Below are positions 46,792 to 57,375 of a stretch of DNA of 64,000 bases, piece by piece. The position numbers were made by a program, and so were the translations under genes. The notes below the pieces were generated by a model. It was not told the DNA's origin and searched no databases. It saw only the letters and a list, made by a program, of their open reading frames with translations. Origin of the DNA: Hyaloraphidium curvatum SAG 235-1 (Eukaryota > Fungi > Monoblepharomycota). The stretch lies in the NCBI GenBank assembly GCA_025558095.1, contig JAIVFI010000043.1, positions 372,001-436,000 on the forward strand. Direction: 5' to 3'. The first letter of the stretch is position 1, and every line of letters begins with the position of its first letter.

Positions 46792-46932
46792 CCTGGGGTG
46801 GGGTCCGTGGGTGCCATTCGGTCTAAAACATGTAACTCCAAACCAAGCAGGCAACATAGATATCACAAGTGCAACAAACGGCTGATCGGAAGCTGTTGCA
46901 TCCTAGCAGCAGGAGCCGGGATTCATTCTCCC

Positions 46933-47509
46933 CTACTTCTCCGCGCCTTGGAAGGTCGGCGCCTGCATCCCCCCGCCGAGCCCGTTGGCCGTCTTGTTGT
47001 CCAGCATGATTTTGAGCGGAGAGTTGATGTTGTACCGCAGCTCGTTCCAGATCCTGCCGGGGGTTGGGTCGGCATGCGGTCCCTGGCCCCTGCCGGGCGA
47101 CCCACTTCCGGGACAGCGTCGGCGGCCGCTCCGCCTTCTCCCTAGCCCGCTCCGCCAGCTCCGTCCCCGACATCTCCACCGCCCCGTTCTTGGGCTGCCC
47201 GGCGCGCAGCAGGCTCCGCACCGTCGACGCGCTCGATTTGACCGAGGCCGCGTCCCCGGTGGCCTTCCGCTCTGGCGCCGTCTTCAGCTGCTCCTTCAAC
47301 GCCCCCGCGACGTCCCCGGAGGCAGCGACACCGGGCCGCAGTTCTGCCTTGCCGAGGTTCACCTTGCGCTGCGCGGCCTCGGCGACGGTGCCGGCAAAGT
47401 CCGCGAGGAAGTCGTCGAATGTCTCGGCGGGCCGGACGGCCGGCGGGCGGACGACGGTGCTGCCCGTGGTCTCGCGCCGCTGCGGTGTGTCAACCCGGTC
47501 GCCGGCCAT
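46933..47509 (-). CDS. Small hypothetical protein, paralog of 35918-36552
   Basis: Same intron position; KIWNELRYNINSPLKIMLDNKTANGLGGGMQAPTFQ. Confidence 0.75.
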
Positions 47510-47680
47510 GGGATTTGGAGGGATAGGAACGCGTCGGCGCGCGGGAACGTGCGCGAGGATTCGAAAGTTCGGAGGTCGTCGGTCTGGGCTGAACCTATTC
47601 TTCCGATCTACCGATCGAGGAACGGCCACCAAAGGCTTCGCCGCGATGCGACTGCGACTCATTGGATGGCTCCGGGCCAA

Positions 47681-49135
47681 TCACCACCTCATCCTACCGC
47701 CCCCACCAAAGAGCCCCTTGACCTTCCCGAACGCCCCCTTGATCGAGTTCCCGGCGCTTTCAAGCGCCCCCTTGACCTTCTTGCCCGCGCCCTCCAATGC
47801 GGCCTTGGCCTTGCCCCCGGCCTTGCCCGCGGCCCCCTTGATCCCCTTCCCCAGCTCCTTCGCGTCCTCCTTGAGCCCCTCCCTGATCGGTATCGCCCAG
47901 TCGAACGGTATCTGCAGGTCATCGTCGAACCCGTTCGCCCCGCCCAGGGTGCCGCCGCCGACCCTGCGCACGCAGTCTTTGCGCGCCGTCTCGACCTCCT
48001 CAGCCGGCGCGATGCCCGAGAGGCACTGGTCTCGTTCCGCACCGGAAAAGGCCTGCTCGACGGTGCCGCCGTTCTGCTCCGCACCGCCGTTGGCCAGCAC
48101 CGCGGCGTCGTCGAACGAGAACCACTTCTTGATGATGGCGTCGGCCTCCCTCTGTGCGGCCTTGCTCCGGCCCGAGGATTTCACCGACCTCGCGCGGAGG
48201 AAGCCAGCCCACATGTCGCGCATTGCGTCCCGCGCCGCTGCCGCCTCGGGCTTCACATTGCCGGCACCGAAATCCGTCGCCACGTCCATCGCCGACGGGT
48301 CGAGCCAGATCACGTCTCCATGATCGTTTTTGACGGGCGGGCGGTGCGTGTGCTGCGCGCTGTCCTGGGTGCAGAGGTAGCTCTTGATCCCCAGCACGGT
48401 GCGGAAGCCGTCCGAGGCATCGCGGATGCCATGTTCAGTGGAGAACGAGTCCTGCAGCAGGTGCGCCGCGCGGCCGAGGAGGAAGAAGGGGCGTAGGGCG
48501 GTTCGCCGCACCGAGGCTGCGCCGCCGTCCCAGAAGTCGATAGGGGTGGCCTTGGCGGTCGCCGCGGCAAGGAAGGCGAGCTTGAACCGCAGCCGCACGG
48601 CACGGAGGGCCTTGAGAGCACCTTTTCCACCAACGTCGTCGGCTTGGCGCAGGAAATGGCTGTACTGCACGTGGGCCTGGCTCTGTGTAATGCTGTCCCA
48701 GCACACTTTGCCTCGCGGCCTGACGATGGAGAACCCCCCGATGTCGACCCATCGCTGGCCCATGACCGCCGACCAAACGGAAAAGTACTTTGCCCCGAAG
48801 GTTTGCAGCCCCAGTTTCCCCTGCGGGTCCCGCAGCATCGCCGCCTGCGCGTCCGTGATTTGCTGCCCCTCGCCCGGGTCCTCGGGCGGCGCCTCGGCGT
48901 CCAGCACGTCCGCGAGGCCCTGCAGCGCCGGCAGCCCCGCGTCGCCGGCGACTATCGAGTACGGCTCGCCGAGGAGGTCGAGCGCGGACGCCGCAGTGAG
49001 CCATTCGTGGCCGAGGGGCGTAATCGGAGAGCTCTGCGAGAACGCGAGCGCCGGCCGCGGGGCGCGTGCGGCAACGACGGCGAGGAGAAAGACGGAGAGG
49101 GCGAGGGCTCGCCGGACGCGCCGTCGACGCGCCAT
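47681..49135 (-). CDS. Secreted putative Zn-dependent phospholipase C/P1-nuclease-fold protein, intronless
   Basis: Signal peptide ending ALA|FSQ; GHEW, GQRWVD, SHFLR, GRAAHLLQDSFS.EH, QHTH; K/G/A amphipathic 11-mer tail. Confidence 0.65.
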   Translation of the reverse strand: MARRRRVRRALALSVFLLAVVAARAPRPALAFSQSSPITPLGHEWLTAASALDLLGEPYSIVAGDAGLPALQGLADVLDAEAPPEDPGEGQQITDAQAAMLRDPQGKLGLQTFGAKYFSVWSAVMGQRWVDIGGFSIVRPRGKVCWDSITQSQAHVQYSHFLRQADDVGGKGALKALRAVRLRFKLAFLAAATAKATPIDFWDGGAASVRRTALRPFFLLGRAAHLLQDSFSTEHGIRDASDGFRTVLGIKSYLCTQDSAQHTHRPPVKNDHGDVIWLDPSAMDVATDFGAGNVKPEAAAARDAMRDMWAGFLRARSVKSSGRSKAAQREADAIIKKWFSFDDAAVLANGGAEQNGGTVEQAFSGAERDQCLSGIAPAEEVETARKDCVRRVGGGTLGGANGFDDDLQIPFDWAIPIREGLKEDAKELGKGIKGAAGKAGGKAKAALEGAGKKVKGALESAGNSIKGAFGKVKGLFGGGGRMRW

Positions 49136-49622
49136 GCCGGCGGGAACGAGAAGCGATGGGTGTTCAGGCGGTGGACCCGCCGATGCCCCACCACCATCGA
49201 TCGCCGACAGCACATCTCGCAGCCAGGCCCCTGGGAACCGCAAGAGATCAGCGTCACAATAAAGCCAGCCCGCTATTAGCGTATCCTTGTGCCCGTGTTC
49301 CCTGTGTCTCGGTCCCCCATTATACCGCGAGTGCTGTGGGCCCTTCTCGCAGCCTCTACGGGAAGAACACGGTCCTGAAGGTCGCGGCTGGTCTCACGGC
49401 AGCATCGACGTCGTCTGCAGTCCCGCAGTATATGCCGGTGGCAAGGTGGGAGACGTCCGGGAACTGGTCGGAGCGGCATAGCCATGTTCTCCCAGGAGGG
49501 TCCGGACCAAGGCCTTCAGCCTTTCGGGATATCTTGCCGGCCGGTACCAACCGCGGAAGCCCTGGGCCGCCAAGATTACCGCTTATCGGAGCGGCCGGCT
49601 GCCTCGGGAGCGCGGGGGGTTC

Positions 49623-50961
49623 ATGAGCCTCCCCGCCCCGCAAACCCCTCGCACCCCGGGATCCCCTTGGCCGGTGGATGCCACGGCGGCCACCTGGCCG
49701 GGCTCGCCACCGCCGACTGATCCTGCAGCAGATGGCCACGCGCGGCGCAAGCTGTACCGCGTGCTCAACAGGCTTGGCGCCGGGGCCCAGGGCGGTGTCC
49801 GGCTGGCCGTCGGGCCGGCAGGCCTGTGCGCCATCAAGACTTTGGAAGCACCCGCCGGCGACGCGAGAGCGGCCGAGACAGTGCGGAGGATGAAAGCCGT
49901 GTGGAATATCGTGCCGGAGCATCCGCACATCGTGCGGCTCCTGGATTGCTTTCGGACACGGAGCAAGGTCTATTTCGTCAACGAGTTCTGCGCGGGAGGA
50001 GTGGGTCTTCCAGCCGAGGCTGCAAACCGGGCATTCCCGCTGACTGATGCTCATTCGCCACCTCCACAGGACCTTGCCAAGTACCTCTCGCAGCACGGCA
50101 GCCGGATCGACGAGGACGGAGCCCGCGAGATCTCCCGCTCCCTGCTCTCGGCGCTCGAGTGGCTCCACTCGCGCTCCATCGTCCACCGGGACGTGAAGCC
50201 GGCCAACGTGCTTCTGCGGGACGCGTCGCGGCCGGCCGAGACGCTCTGCCTCGCGGATTTCGGGAGCTGCTTCGTGGAGAACCCGGAGCGGGACGTGGAA
50301 GAGGGGCAGGGTCCAGAGACGCCGGCGACGGTCTTTTCGGGTTTCCGCTCCGTCTTCGACGGCCCGCGTGCTGGCTCCAGCACGAGCATGGATGCGATGC
50401 AGAGCCTCGCAGGTGAATCGATGATATGGCTCTGTTCCGCGCCTTCTCTCATTCCAATCCCCGCCTTCAGGCACACCCTTCTACCTCGCCCCCGAGCTGG
50501 TCCGCGGCATTCCCTACGGCCCTGGGGTCGACCTCTGGTCCTTCGGCTGCATCTTCTACGAGCTCCTCTTTGGCACGCGTCCTTTTTCCCTCACGGGCTC
50601 GTTCGAGGACCTCTACGGCGGCATCCTGCGCGCCGAGTACCGCGTGCCCGACGACAGCGCGGCATCCACGTCCGCACTGGAGTTTCTCGCTTCTCTGCTC
50701 ACGGCCGAACCCGCCGCGCGGCTCTCGGCGTCGGATGCCCTGCGATGCCCGTGGATGCTTGCCCGCACTGCATCGCTCTGCGCCCCGAGGCCGCGGGACG
50801 ACGGCGGTGGCTACGAGGTTTTGTTGAACGAGATGGGGGAGCTCGTGCTGGCGGATCTGGACGCGGCGGACGACAGCGGGCTGTTGCCAACGTGGACGGC
50901 GGTGGACGGGACGGCGAAGCCGGGGAAGGCGTCCGCAGGGGGCAGCCTGCCCACAAACTGA
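49623..50961 (+). CDS. CAMK-like Ser/Thr kinase, paralog K4 (subtype A)
   Basis: GAGAQG, CAIK, HRDVKPAN, DFG, APE; same two introns; tail PRPRDDGGGYEVLLNEMGELVLAD. Confidence 0.9.
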
Positions 50962-51334
50962 ACTTGGGTGGAGACTTTGACATCCGGATGCTGAATGGGT
51001 CCCGACGAGTTGGGCTTGTTGGAGCCTTCAAGTATGATTCTTGGTACTGCATGACGTTTTCCCTTGCAATCGCCCCCTCCCGTCCCGTCCTCCCACCACC
51101 TCTTGGCCTCGGTAGTGATCGTCTTGAACGAGATCACCTGCATCGTCTCGGTCGTCTTTACCGTGTCGGATCCCGCTTTGGGCTGTGCGCGATTCTTTGC
51201 GATGAGAACGCCCCCCACGTGAGCCCATCGGAACCTGTCGGACCCCCTTACCGCGACAACTGCTATGGTCGAGAAGAATTGGACGATCATTCCTCGTTGC
51301 ACCGCTCATTGTTCGCGGTCCACTCCATGTACAG

Positions 51335-51860
51335 TCATGGACCGAAGTCGTACTTCCCCTCGAGGTGCCCCGTTACCCGCGCCAGCAGCCCCGCCGCCAC
51401 AGCGGCATGACACTGCGTCGCCAGGTGGTTCTCATCCCACAGGTACCTCGCCCACGGATCCCCGCACAGCGGATCCTCGGGCTTCCTTTGCATAGACGTG
51501 CACCGCTCCTTCCCCGTGGCACCGAACGGGGCGCAGCCCGCGTCCATCCGGTGGAAAACGATCTCGGACCCCGGGAACAACGGGCGGAGGGAGTGCAGAG
51601 CTGCGGGAAGCAAGGAGTCGTGCAGCTTGATGGCGGCGACCTGCGAGTGGCCAGCGAGCCCGCGGGCGGGTCCTGGGGCGGGGGGTACCCGGCAAAGGGC
51701 GCAAAGTCGGTGGTGACGACGAGGATGCGGCACGAGAGGAGGGATATGAGGGAGGGAAGGACGGCGTCGCGGAGGTGCGCGACGTTGGACTCGACGGAGA
51801 ACGGGGAGGGGTGTCGGGCGGCAGAGTCGGGGGGAGAGGGTTCGGCGCCGCAGGGTAGTT
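51335..51860 (-). pseudogene. C-terminal fragment of an SGNH/GDSL esterase-like gene
   Basis: C.DP..RYLWDENHLATQCHAAVA (DxxH block V); apparent frame change near 51645; no GDS block before the divergent gene at 51960. Confidence 0.4.
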
Positions 51861-51959
51861 CGGCTGAGCGCGGCGGCGGCGACACCTGCTTTCGCCGCCT
51901 GGCCGCTCGGCCTCCGACGCCCGGAGTCCCCGCGAGGGCGTGCCGCGGGCGGCGGCTCG

Positions 51960-53612
51960 ATGACCCCGAAGGCCCTGCGCCGGTCGCGCCGGGTCCTCTC
52001 CGTCCTCGCCGTCGGACTCGGGTGCTTCTCGCTTCTAGGCCGGCCCGCCCCGGAGCCGCCCCCGCCGCCGCCCGAGCCGTGCCTGATTTTCGCACGCTGG
52101 CCCGGCGCCAAAATGCATTCGAACCAGGCGCTGTTCACGTCGCGGGCCGCGGGGCTGGCGCGGGCGCTGGGCTGCCGGCTTCTGCCGCCGCTGCTTTCGA
52201 TGGGTTCCGGCGGCTGGGCGGATTACTCGATCCCCCTGGCCGAGTTCTTCGAGCCTTCGCGGCTTTTTGTGGACATGGCCAACGCCGAAGACGCGGCGTT
52301 CGTGGCTCGAGCTGTTTCTTGGGCCGCAGGGGAACCCGTCTCCCCTTCCTCGGACCGGGCCGCCATGCGCGTCGCCCAGAGTGCCAACAAACGCCCGCTG
52401 GACGTGCCGTGTCTTGTCGACCGCCTTTCTCTGATCGACCCGCGGTTTTCCGGCGGGATGCCGGCTTTCCGTTGCTCCGCTAGGCTGTTGCTCGAGCCTT
52501 GGGCGACCCACGCGCCCCACGCGGCGGACAATCCCTCGGCCCGGCCCTCTCGGGAGCTGATCACCTTCCGCAGGGAGTTTGGCGGCGGGCTGGTCGGCGT
52601 GCCCGACCTCGTTGGTCTCAACGTCAGCTGCGCCACCGAGATCCGCGGCAGCGCCGAGATGCCTCCCCGGCAGGAGCTGCTCCGCGCGGCCAAGTTCGCC
52701 CTGTGGAAGTTCGTACTGGGCCGTGAGGATCCCTCGGACGCCGAGCGCCTGCTCGAGGCGTGGGGCGGCGCGCCTCCCGTGAGCTCCCTTGCCTACGCGA
52801 GGTACCCGGACCCCGCCCCGGCGCTCGTCACGGCGCACCTCCGCTCCGGGTTCAACCACCAGCAGTATTGCTACGCCCGCATGCGGTTCCCGCTCTGCGC
52901 CACCAGCGACGCCCTCTCCGCGCAACACCTGGCCCCGCTGCTGTCGGGCTGCGGATCGCAAGTGGTGGCTTTGCTGGCCGGGGATACCCTGACGGGAGCC
53001 TTCGGCAAGTCATCGCTCCCCTCCCTCCTCCCGCCTCTTCTCGAGCGCCCGCACCCCAGGATAGTCTACACGCGGGATCTCGCCCGCGCGTACCTCGCCG
53101 CCCTGCGGCACCCCTCCCTCAACTTCACCCACCACCGCACGACGACCTGGATCAACTACTACGGGACCAACGCGGAGAACGCCTACTACTCCCTCGCCGC
53201 GATCCTCATCGACCAGGTGCTCCTGGCCTGCGGCTCCGCGGTGCCGGGGGGGGCCTATTTCCGGACCCACATGTCCACCTTCTCCTGGCGCGCCGCGATC
53301 CTCGGCTCCGACGTCCTCTCGGCGGTGTGCCTCCCCTCCGGCACCCGCCTCCCCACGTCCTTCGACGCCGCCTCCACCGCCGCCGACGCGGACGCCGAGC
53401 TCCACGCGTTCGCAGAGGCGGGCGTGGACCTCGCCGCGGAGCACAAGGCGCCCCCGGGCAACGTCACCAGGCGGACCATGGGCCCCGGGGCCTGGCATGT
53501 CGGGTGCACGGCGACGGGGAGGTTCCTCCCGAGCCTGCCGTTCGAGGATCGGAGGAGGGGGGATCCCAAGGGGGCCGGCAAGTGCTCGTCCTGCGGGGAC
53601 TCGAGGTGGTAG
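51960..53612 (+). CDS. Type II membrane O-fucosyltransferase-like glycosyltransferase
   Basis: N-terminal anchor and Pro stem; SNQ; AHLRSG; IDQVLLAC..YFRTHMSTFS. Confidence 0.6.
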   Translation: MTPKALRRSRRVLSVLAVGLGCFSLLGRPAPEPPPPPPEPCLIFARWPGAKMHSNQALFTSRAAGLARALGCRLLPPLLSMGSGGWADYSIPLAEFFEPSRLFVDMANAEDAAFVARAVSWAAGEPVSPSSDRAAMRVAQSANKRPLDVPCLVDRLSLIDPRFSGGMPAFRCSARLLLEPWATHAPHAADNPSARPSRELITFRREFGGGLVGVPDLVGLNVSCATEIRGSAEMPPRQELLRAAKFALWKFVLGREDPSDAERLLEAWGGAPPVSSLAYARYPDPAPALVTAHLRSGFNHQQYCYARMRFPLCATSDALSAQHLAPLLSGCGSQVVALLAGDTLTGAFGKSSLPSLLPPLLERPHPRIVYTRDLARAYLAALRHPSLNFTHHRTTTWINYYGTNAENAYYSLAAILIDQVLLACGSAVPGGAYFRTHMSTFSWRAAILGSDVLSAVCLPSGTRLPTSFDAASTAADADAELHAFAEAGVDLAAEHKAPPGNVTRRTMGPGAWHVGCTATGRFLPSLPFEDRRRGDPKGAGKCSSCGDSRW

Positions 53613-53848
53613 GGTGGGCGGATCGCGGGGGATACGCGCCGGCGTCTTCGATGCGACTGCCTACATGTCCGGCGCCGGATTCCAGCAGCTCTCGGGCACG
53701 CTCCAGCTGCTCGACCATCGCCAAAGCCCCGAAGCGACTTCCTCGGTCCAAGCAAGAGCCGGCAATGGGAAGCAAAAGTTTCCACGAGATCAACGACGAC
53801 AGTAAACACGGACGCTATGTACAACGACCTTCCTGGTCCGCTGCGGCC

Positions 53849-55636
53849 CTAGGCGACCGCCGCCATCCTCCCCTCCTCCTCCTCCTCCCTCTCCAGGGCG
53901 AGCCCGCGCTCTTGCACCCTGGCCATCTGCTCCGCCTCCCCCCCCAGCTTCTCCAGCATCTGCCCCACCTGCCTCCACCTCCTCGCCCCCAGCACGTCCC
54001 TCCTCCCGTGCTCCAGGATCTCCCTCCCGATCGCCTGCGCCCGTTCTCTCGTCTGCTCGAAGAACCGCGCGAGGAACGGCGGCGTGCTCCCCCCCGTCCC
54101 CGCCGCGCGGGACATCCCCCCAACGGGCTGCTCCGCGTAGATCATCCGCAGCACGTAGCTCCCGTGCAGGCACCTGTGCGACGCCACCGCGCACGCGAGG
54201 CGGAGCCTGTGGAACGCAGATACCTCCCAGCTGCCGGCCATCCTCGGATCGCTCCGCGGGTCGATCAGGTGCGGCCGCGCGCGCACCGTCTCCGACAGGT
54301 CGGCGAGCATCCCCAGGTGCACCGCCGGCCGGGTCAGCAGGTCGAACGCCCTCTGCATCGAATCGATCGGGTCGCCGCCCATCCCCCCGGCGTCCTCCTC
54401 CCCAGCCACCACCCGTGCGATCCGCTCCCTCCCCTCCGCGTCGGGCTCGTACGCCGCGCGCGAGCCCGCGACGCCGGCGAGCACGTCGAACCACTTGAAC
54501 ATGGTCGAGTTGGCCCCCGTCTGCCCGAACTCGCGGTCCACGAAGCACCCCCTGCGCCCCTTCCAGGTGTCGGCGCCGCACCCCTCGTAGAACACGCCGT
54601 GGGGCGGGTACACGGTGCCGCACGCCCCGCGGACGCCCTTGATCGGCAGCCTCACGGCGGGGTACGAAGCGGCGGGGGTGCCGCGCATCATGGTGGCAAA
54701 CACCCTGTGTGCGCGCTCGGCAGCCGACGCGACGGCGTCCCACCCGGCCTCGATCTCCGCCAAAGTGGCCCCGGGGCGGGAGAGGGAGGAGAAGGCGGCG
54801 ACGGCGGGGGGCATCTGCAGCTCCATGAGGGTGTGGTTGAACCGGAAGTTGTGCTCGGGGGTGCCCCCCGCGACGTCGAGGAAGCCGACGGGGGTGCGGG
54901 TGCGCGCGACAAAGGCGAGGATCGAGGCCGGGTCGGAGTAGTCCACCTCGGCGGCGTGGGAGGGGAAGGCGGCGGCCTTGAGCGTGTAGTCGTCGTAGAC
55001 GAACTCGATCTGCCGGCGGCCCAGTGCGGCGTTGGACGCGTGCGCGAGCGCGGAAAGGGGGTACGGGACGTAGGGATGGGTGTGGCGCTCGCCGTGGAGC
55101 TTGCCCTCGAACAGCACACCGCGGATGAGCCACGCGCACCAGAACGCCACGTCCGAGATGGCGTGCGCCTTGTTGTCCGTGGGGGCGCGGGCAAAGTCCT
55201 CCAGGAGGGCGAGGAATCTGGGGAACGCCTGCCGCTTGGGCTCGCCGTGCACCACGCGCCGCCAGACCTCCCTCCGGAGGCGGTTCCCCGCAAGCAGCCC
55301 CGGCCTGCCGTCGGCGAGGCGCACCGCCTGGGCCCCGGCGATCTCGGAGAGCGCCGACCAGGGGGTGCCGGCCAGCGGCGCCGCGGCGCGGTTCGGCAGG
55401 AACCCGGCGGTGTTCCAGACGGCGCGCTGCACGCCCGCCAGCTGCTCGGGCGACCAGCGCCGGCCGAAGATGTCGAGGGAGAACGACAGGCCGCCGTTCA
55501 GGACGGTCGGGTACGCGGGGCCGGGCACCGTGCGGAGGTCGAGCAGGCGGACGGCGCACCGCGCGGGCGGCGTGTGCAGGCCGCGGCGGGCGGCGGGTGC
55601 GCGGGGCAGGGCGGGGCGCAGCGAGCGGGGCAGCAT
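53849..55636 (-). CDS. Indoleamine 2,3-dioxygenase-like heme protein with mitochondrial-type presequence
   Basis: EHNFRFNH, RLPIKG, GVFYEG, GQTGANS, HRCLHGSYVLRMI (proximal His), GTGGS. Confidence 0.75.
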   Translation of the reverse strand: MLPRSLRPALPRAPAARRGLHTPPARCAVRLLDLRTVPGPAYPTVLNGGLSFSLDIFGRRWSPEQLAGVQRAVWNTAGFLPNRAAAPLAGTPWSALSEIAGAQAVRLADGRPGLLAGNRLRREVWRRVVHGEPKRQAFPRFLALLEDFARAPTDNKAHAISDVAFWCAWLIRGVLFEGKLHGERHTHPYVPYPLSALAHASNAALGRRQIEFVYDDYTLKAAAFPSHAAEVDYSDPASILAFVARTRTPVGFLDVAGGTPEHNFRFNHTLMELQMPPAVAAFSSLSRPGATLAEIEAGWDAVASAAERAHRVFATMMRGTPAASYPAVRLPIKGVRGACGTVYPPHGVFYEGCGADTWKGRRGCFVDREFGQTGANSTMFKWFDVLAGVAGSRAAYEPDAEGRERIARVVAGEEDAGGMGGDPIDSMQRAFDLLTRPAVHLGMLADLSETVRARPHLIDPRSDPRMAGSWEVSAFHRLRLACAVASHRCLHGSYVLRMIYAEQPVGGMSRAAGTGGSTPPFLARFFEQTRERAQAIGREILEHGRRDVLGARRWRQVGQMLEKLGGEAEQMARVQERGLALEREEEEEGRMAAVA

Positions 55637-56118
55637 GGCGCGGAGGGCAGAGGGCGGGTTGGAGCCGCGGGTGCGCCCGGAATTCGCGGGTGTTGTGGTC
55701 ACGCGGCGTGTCTCCCGGTCGTCGACTCACGCAGGCTGTGCAGACCCCCGGTCCCCATCGCTGAGGAGGAGGCACGTTTGCCATGTCTGCCATGGAGTTG
55801 AAAGATGGATACCACTCGTCGTTGGAATGCGAGAAGCGGGGACAGGCGAACAGTAGGGATGCAGGAGCGGCAAGGGAGGTGGCCTATAGCTGGGGACCCG
55901 TTGCGAGAGGGGCACCGGTCCCCAGATTGCGGATTCGGGCGACGGGAACTAGGGCGCGGACGCGGATGCCGGAAGTGTGTTCCAGCGGATAACCGACAGC
56001 CCGTGTCGCGCCCCGGCCACCCGATCGGCGATTTGTAAGCCGCCCGGCGGAACGAGGGCGGGTCCTGGCCGGGTCCACTTTCCGGCCGAACACCGGTCTC
56101 CACCCATCCGCCACCGCC

Positions 56119-56657
56119 ATGCGACGCGCCCCCGCGCTCTCCGCGCTTCTCCTGCTCCTCGTCCTCGCCGTTGCCCCCTCCGCCGCGTCGTGGGTGCGCC
56201 GCCGCCCGCCCCGCCCGCCCTCACCTCCCGCCCCAATTGCAGCCCCGCCCCGCCCCGCCTAGCCCCGCGAGCCTCCAACGCCTTCTGCGACGGCACCGGC
56301 TCCTCCCGCGACCGCCTCTGCCGCTCCAACGCGGCCTACGGCGAGGCGTGCGACTACTCGACCGGCAAGGCCGTGGACGGCACTTCAAGCACCGGCATCT
56401 GCATCTGGGGCTGCTGCAACCCCGCGCAGTTCCAGCTCGATTACTGCCGCGACGTTTACGCGCGGGCGTGCACCGCGGGGACGGGCAAGCTGGCGGTGGT
56501 GGGCTCGTCCGGCACGCTGCCGAGGTGCAACCCGTCCACGGGGGCCGTGTCGACGAGCGGAACGTCGACGTGCAGGGGGCAGAGCGACTGGTTCGGCAAG
56601 GCGATGGTGTGGAAGGGGATGACGGCTGGGTGCTGCAAGGTGCCGGGGCAGGCCTGA
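56119..56657 (+). CDS. Small secreted cysteine-rich protein (12 Cys)
   Basis: Signal MRRAPALSALLLLLVLAVAPSAA; one intron (~56190-56242); two CC pairs. Confidence 0.75.
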
Positions 56658-57375
56658 CGACTGGGGCAAGGTGGCCGCGGGGGCGAGGTGACTGCGGGGG
56701 GCGAGGGACCCGGGATCCCACTACCCAGGGACCGCGGGGACAAGCGCGGCATTCCGGACCGGGCGCACAAACTACAACCGGTGTGCAACGTAACGGATTC
56801 CTGCCCTTTCCCGTCCGCGTTCCCGTGCCGGGGTCGCCCCAGGGTGGCGAAAGGGCTGGAGGTGGCAACTCCCCGTCTCTTGCGGCTGGGCGAAGGGCAG
56901 CCAACTTGACCTTCCATGCCCGGCTGCGCCTTGCCCACCTTCCTTGCGGAAACCGCGCGACGGCAGTTGCCGTTGGCGGCACCGTCCAACGCCTGATTGG
57001 CCCAGTGATACGGCACCGACCGGGGCTGCGTGCCTCGATGAGCATTAGATCGTCGAAGCCGGATTCGGTACATTGATTCGGTAGCACGATGAGCAGCGGC
57101 GTGAGACCGAGCTCGCTGCAGAAGCGTGAATCGGAGCGCCGAAAGCTGTGCCCCACTTCAAACTGACGTCGCACCCCGGATGAGACGGCGAGGATCGCCG
57201 GAGAAGGGAGATCGCGCACGGATTAGCAGTGCAAGGGCGCCTAGGGTCAGAAGTGTGGTTGCGCTCTTTTTTTCCTGCTCCGCCTCGGCCCTCCGCCAAA
57301 CGCCGGACCCTTCTCCGAAACACCGCAACAATGAGCTCCCCCCGCCGCCCGCGCCCTCCGTGCCCCGCGGCGACG

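Noticed and set aside
46969-46974. Suspected homopolymer frameshift in the small paralog
   Set aside because: Recounting gives six bases, so the frame is intact
52760-55801. 1013-aa plus-strand ORF and similar long R/P/G-rich ORFs across the window
   Set aside because: GC-rich shadow frames overlapping real genes
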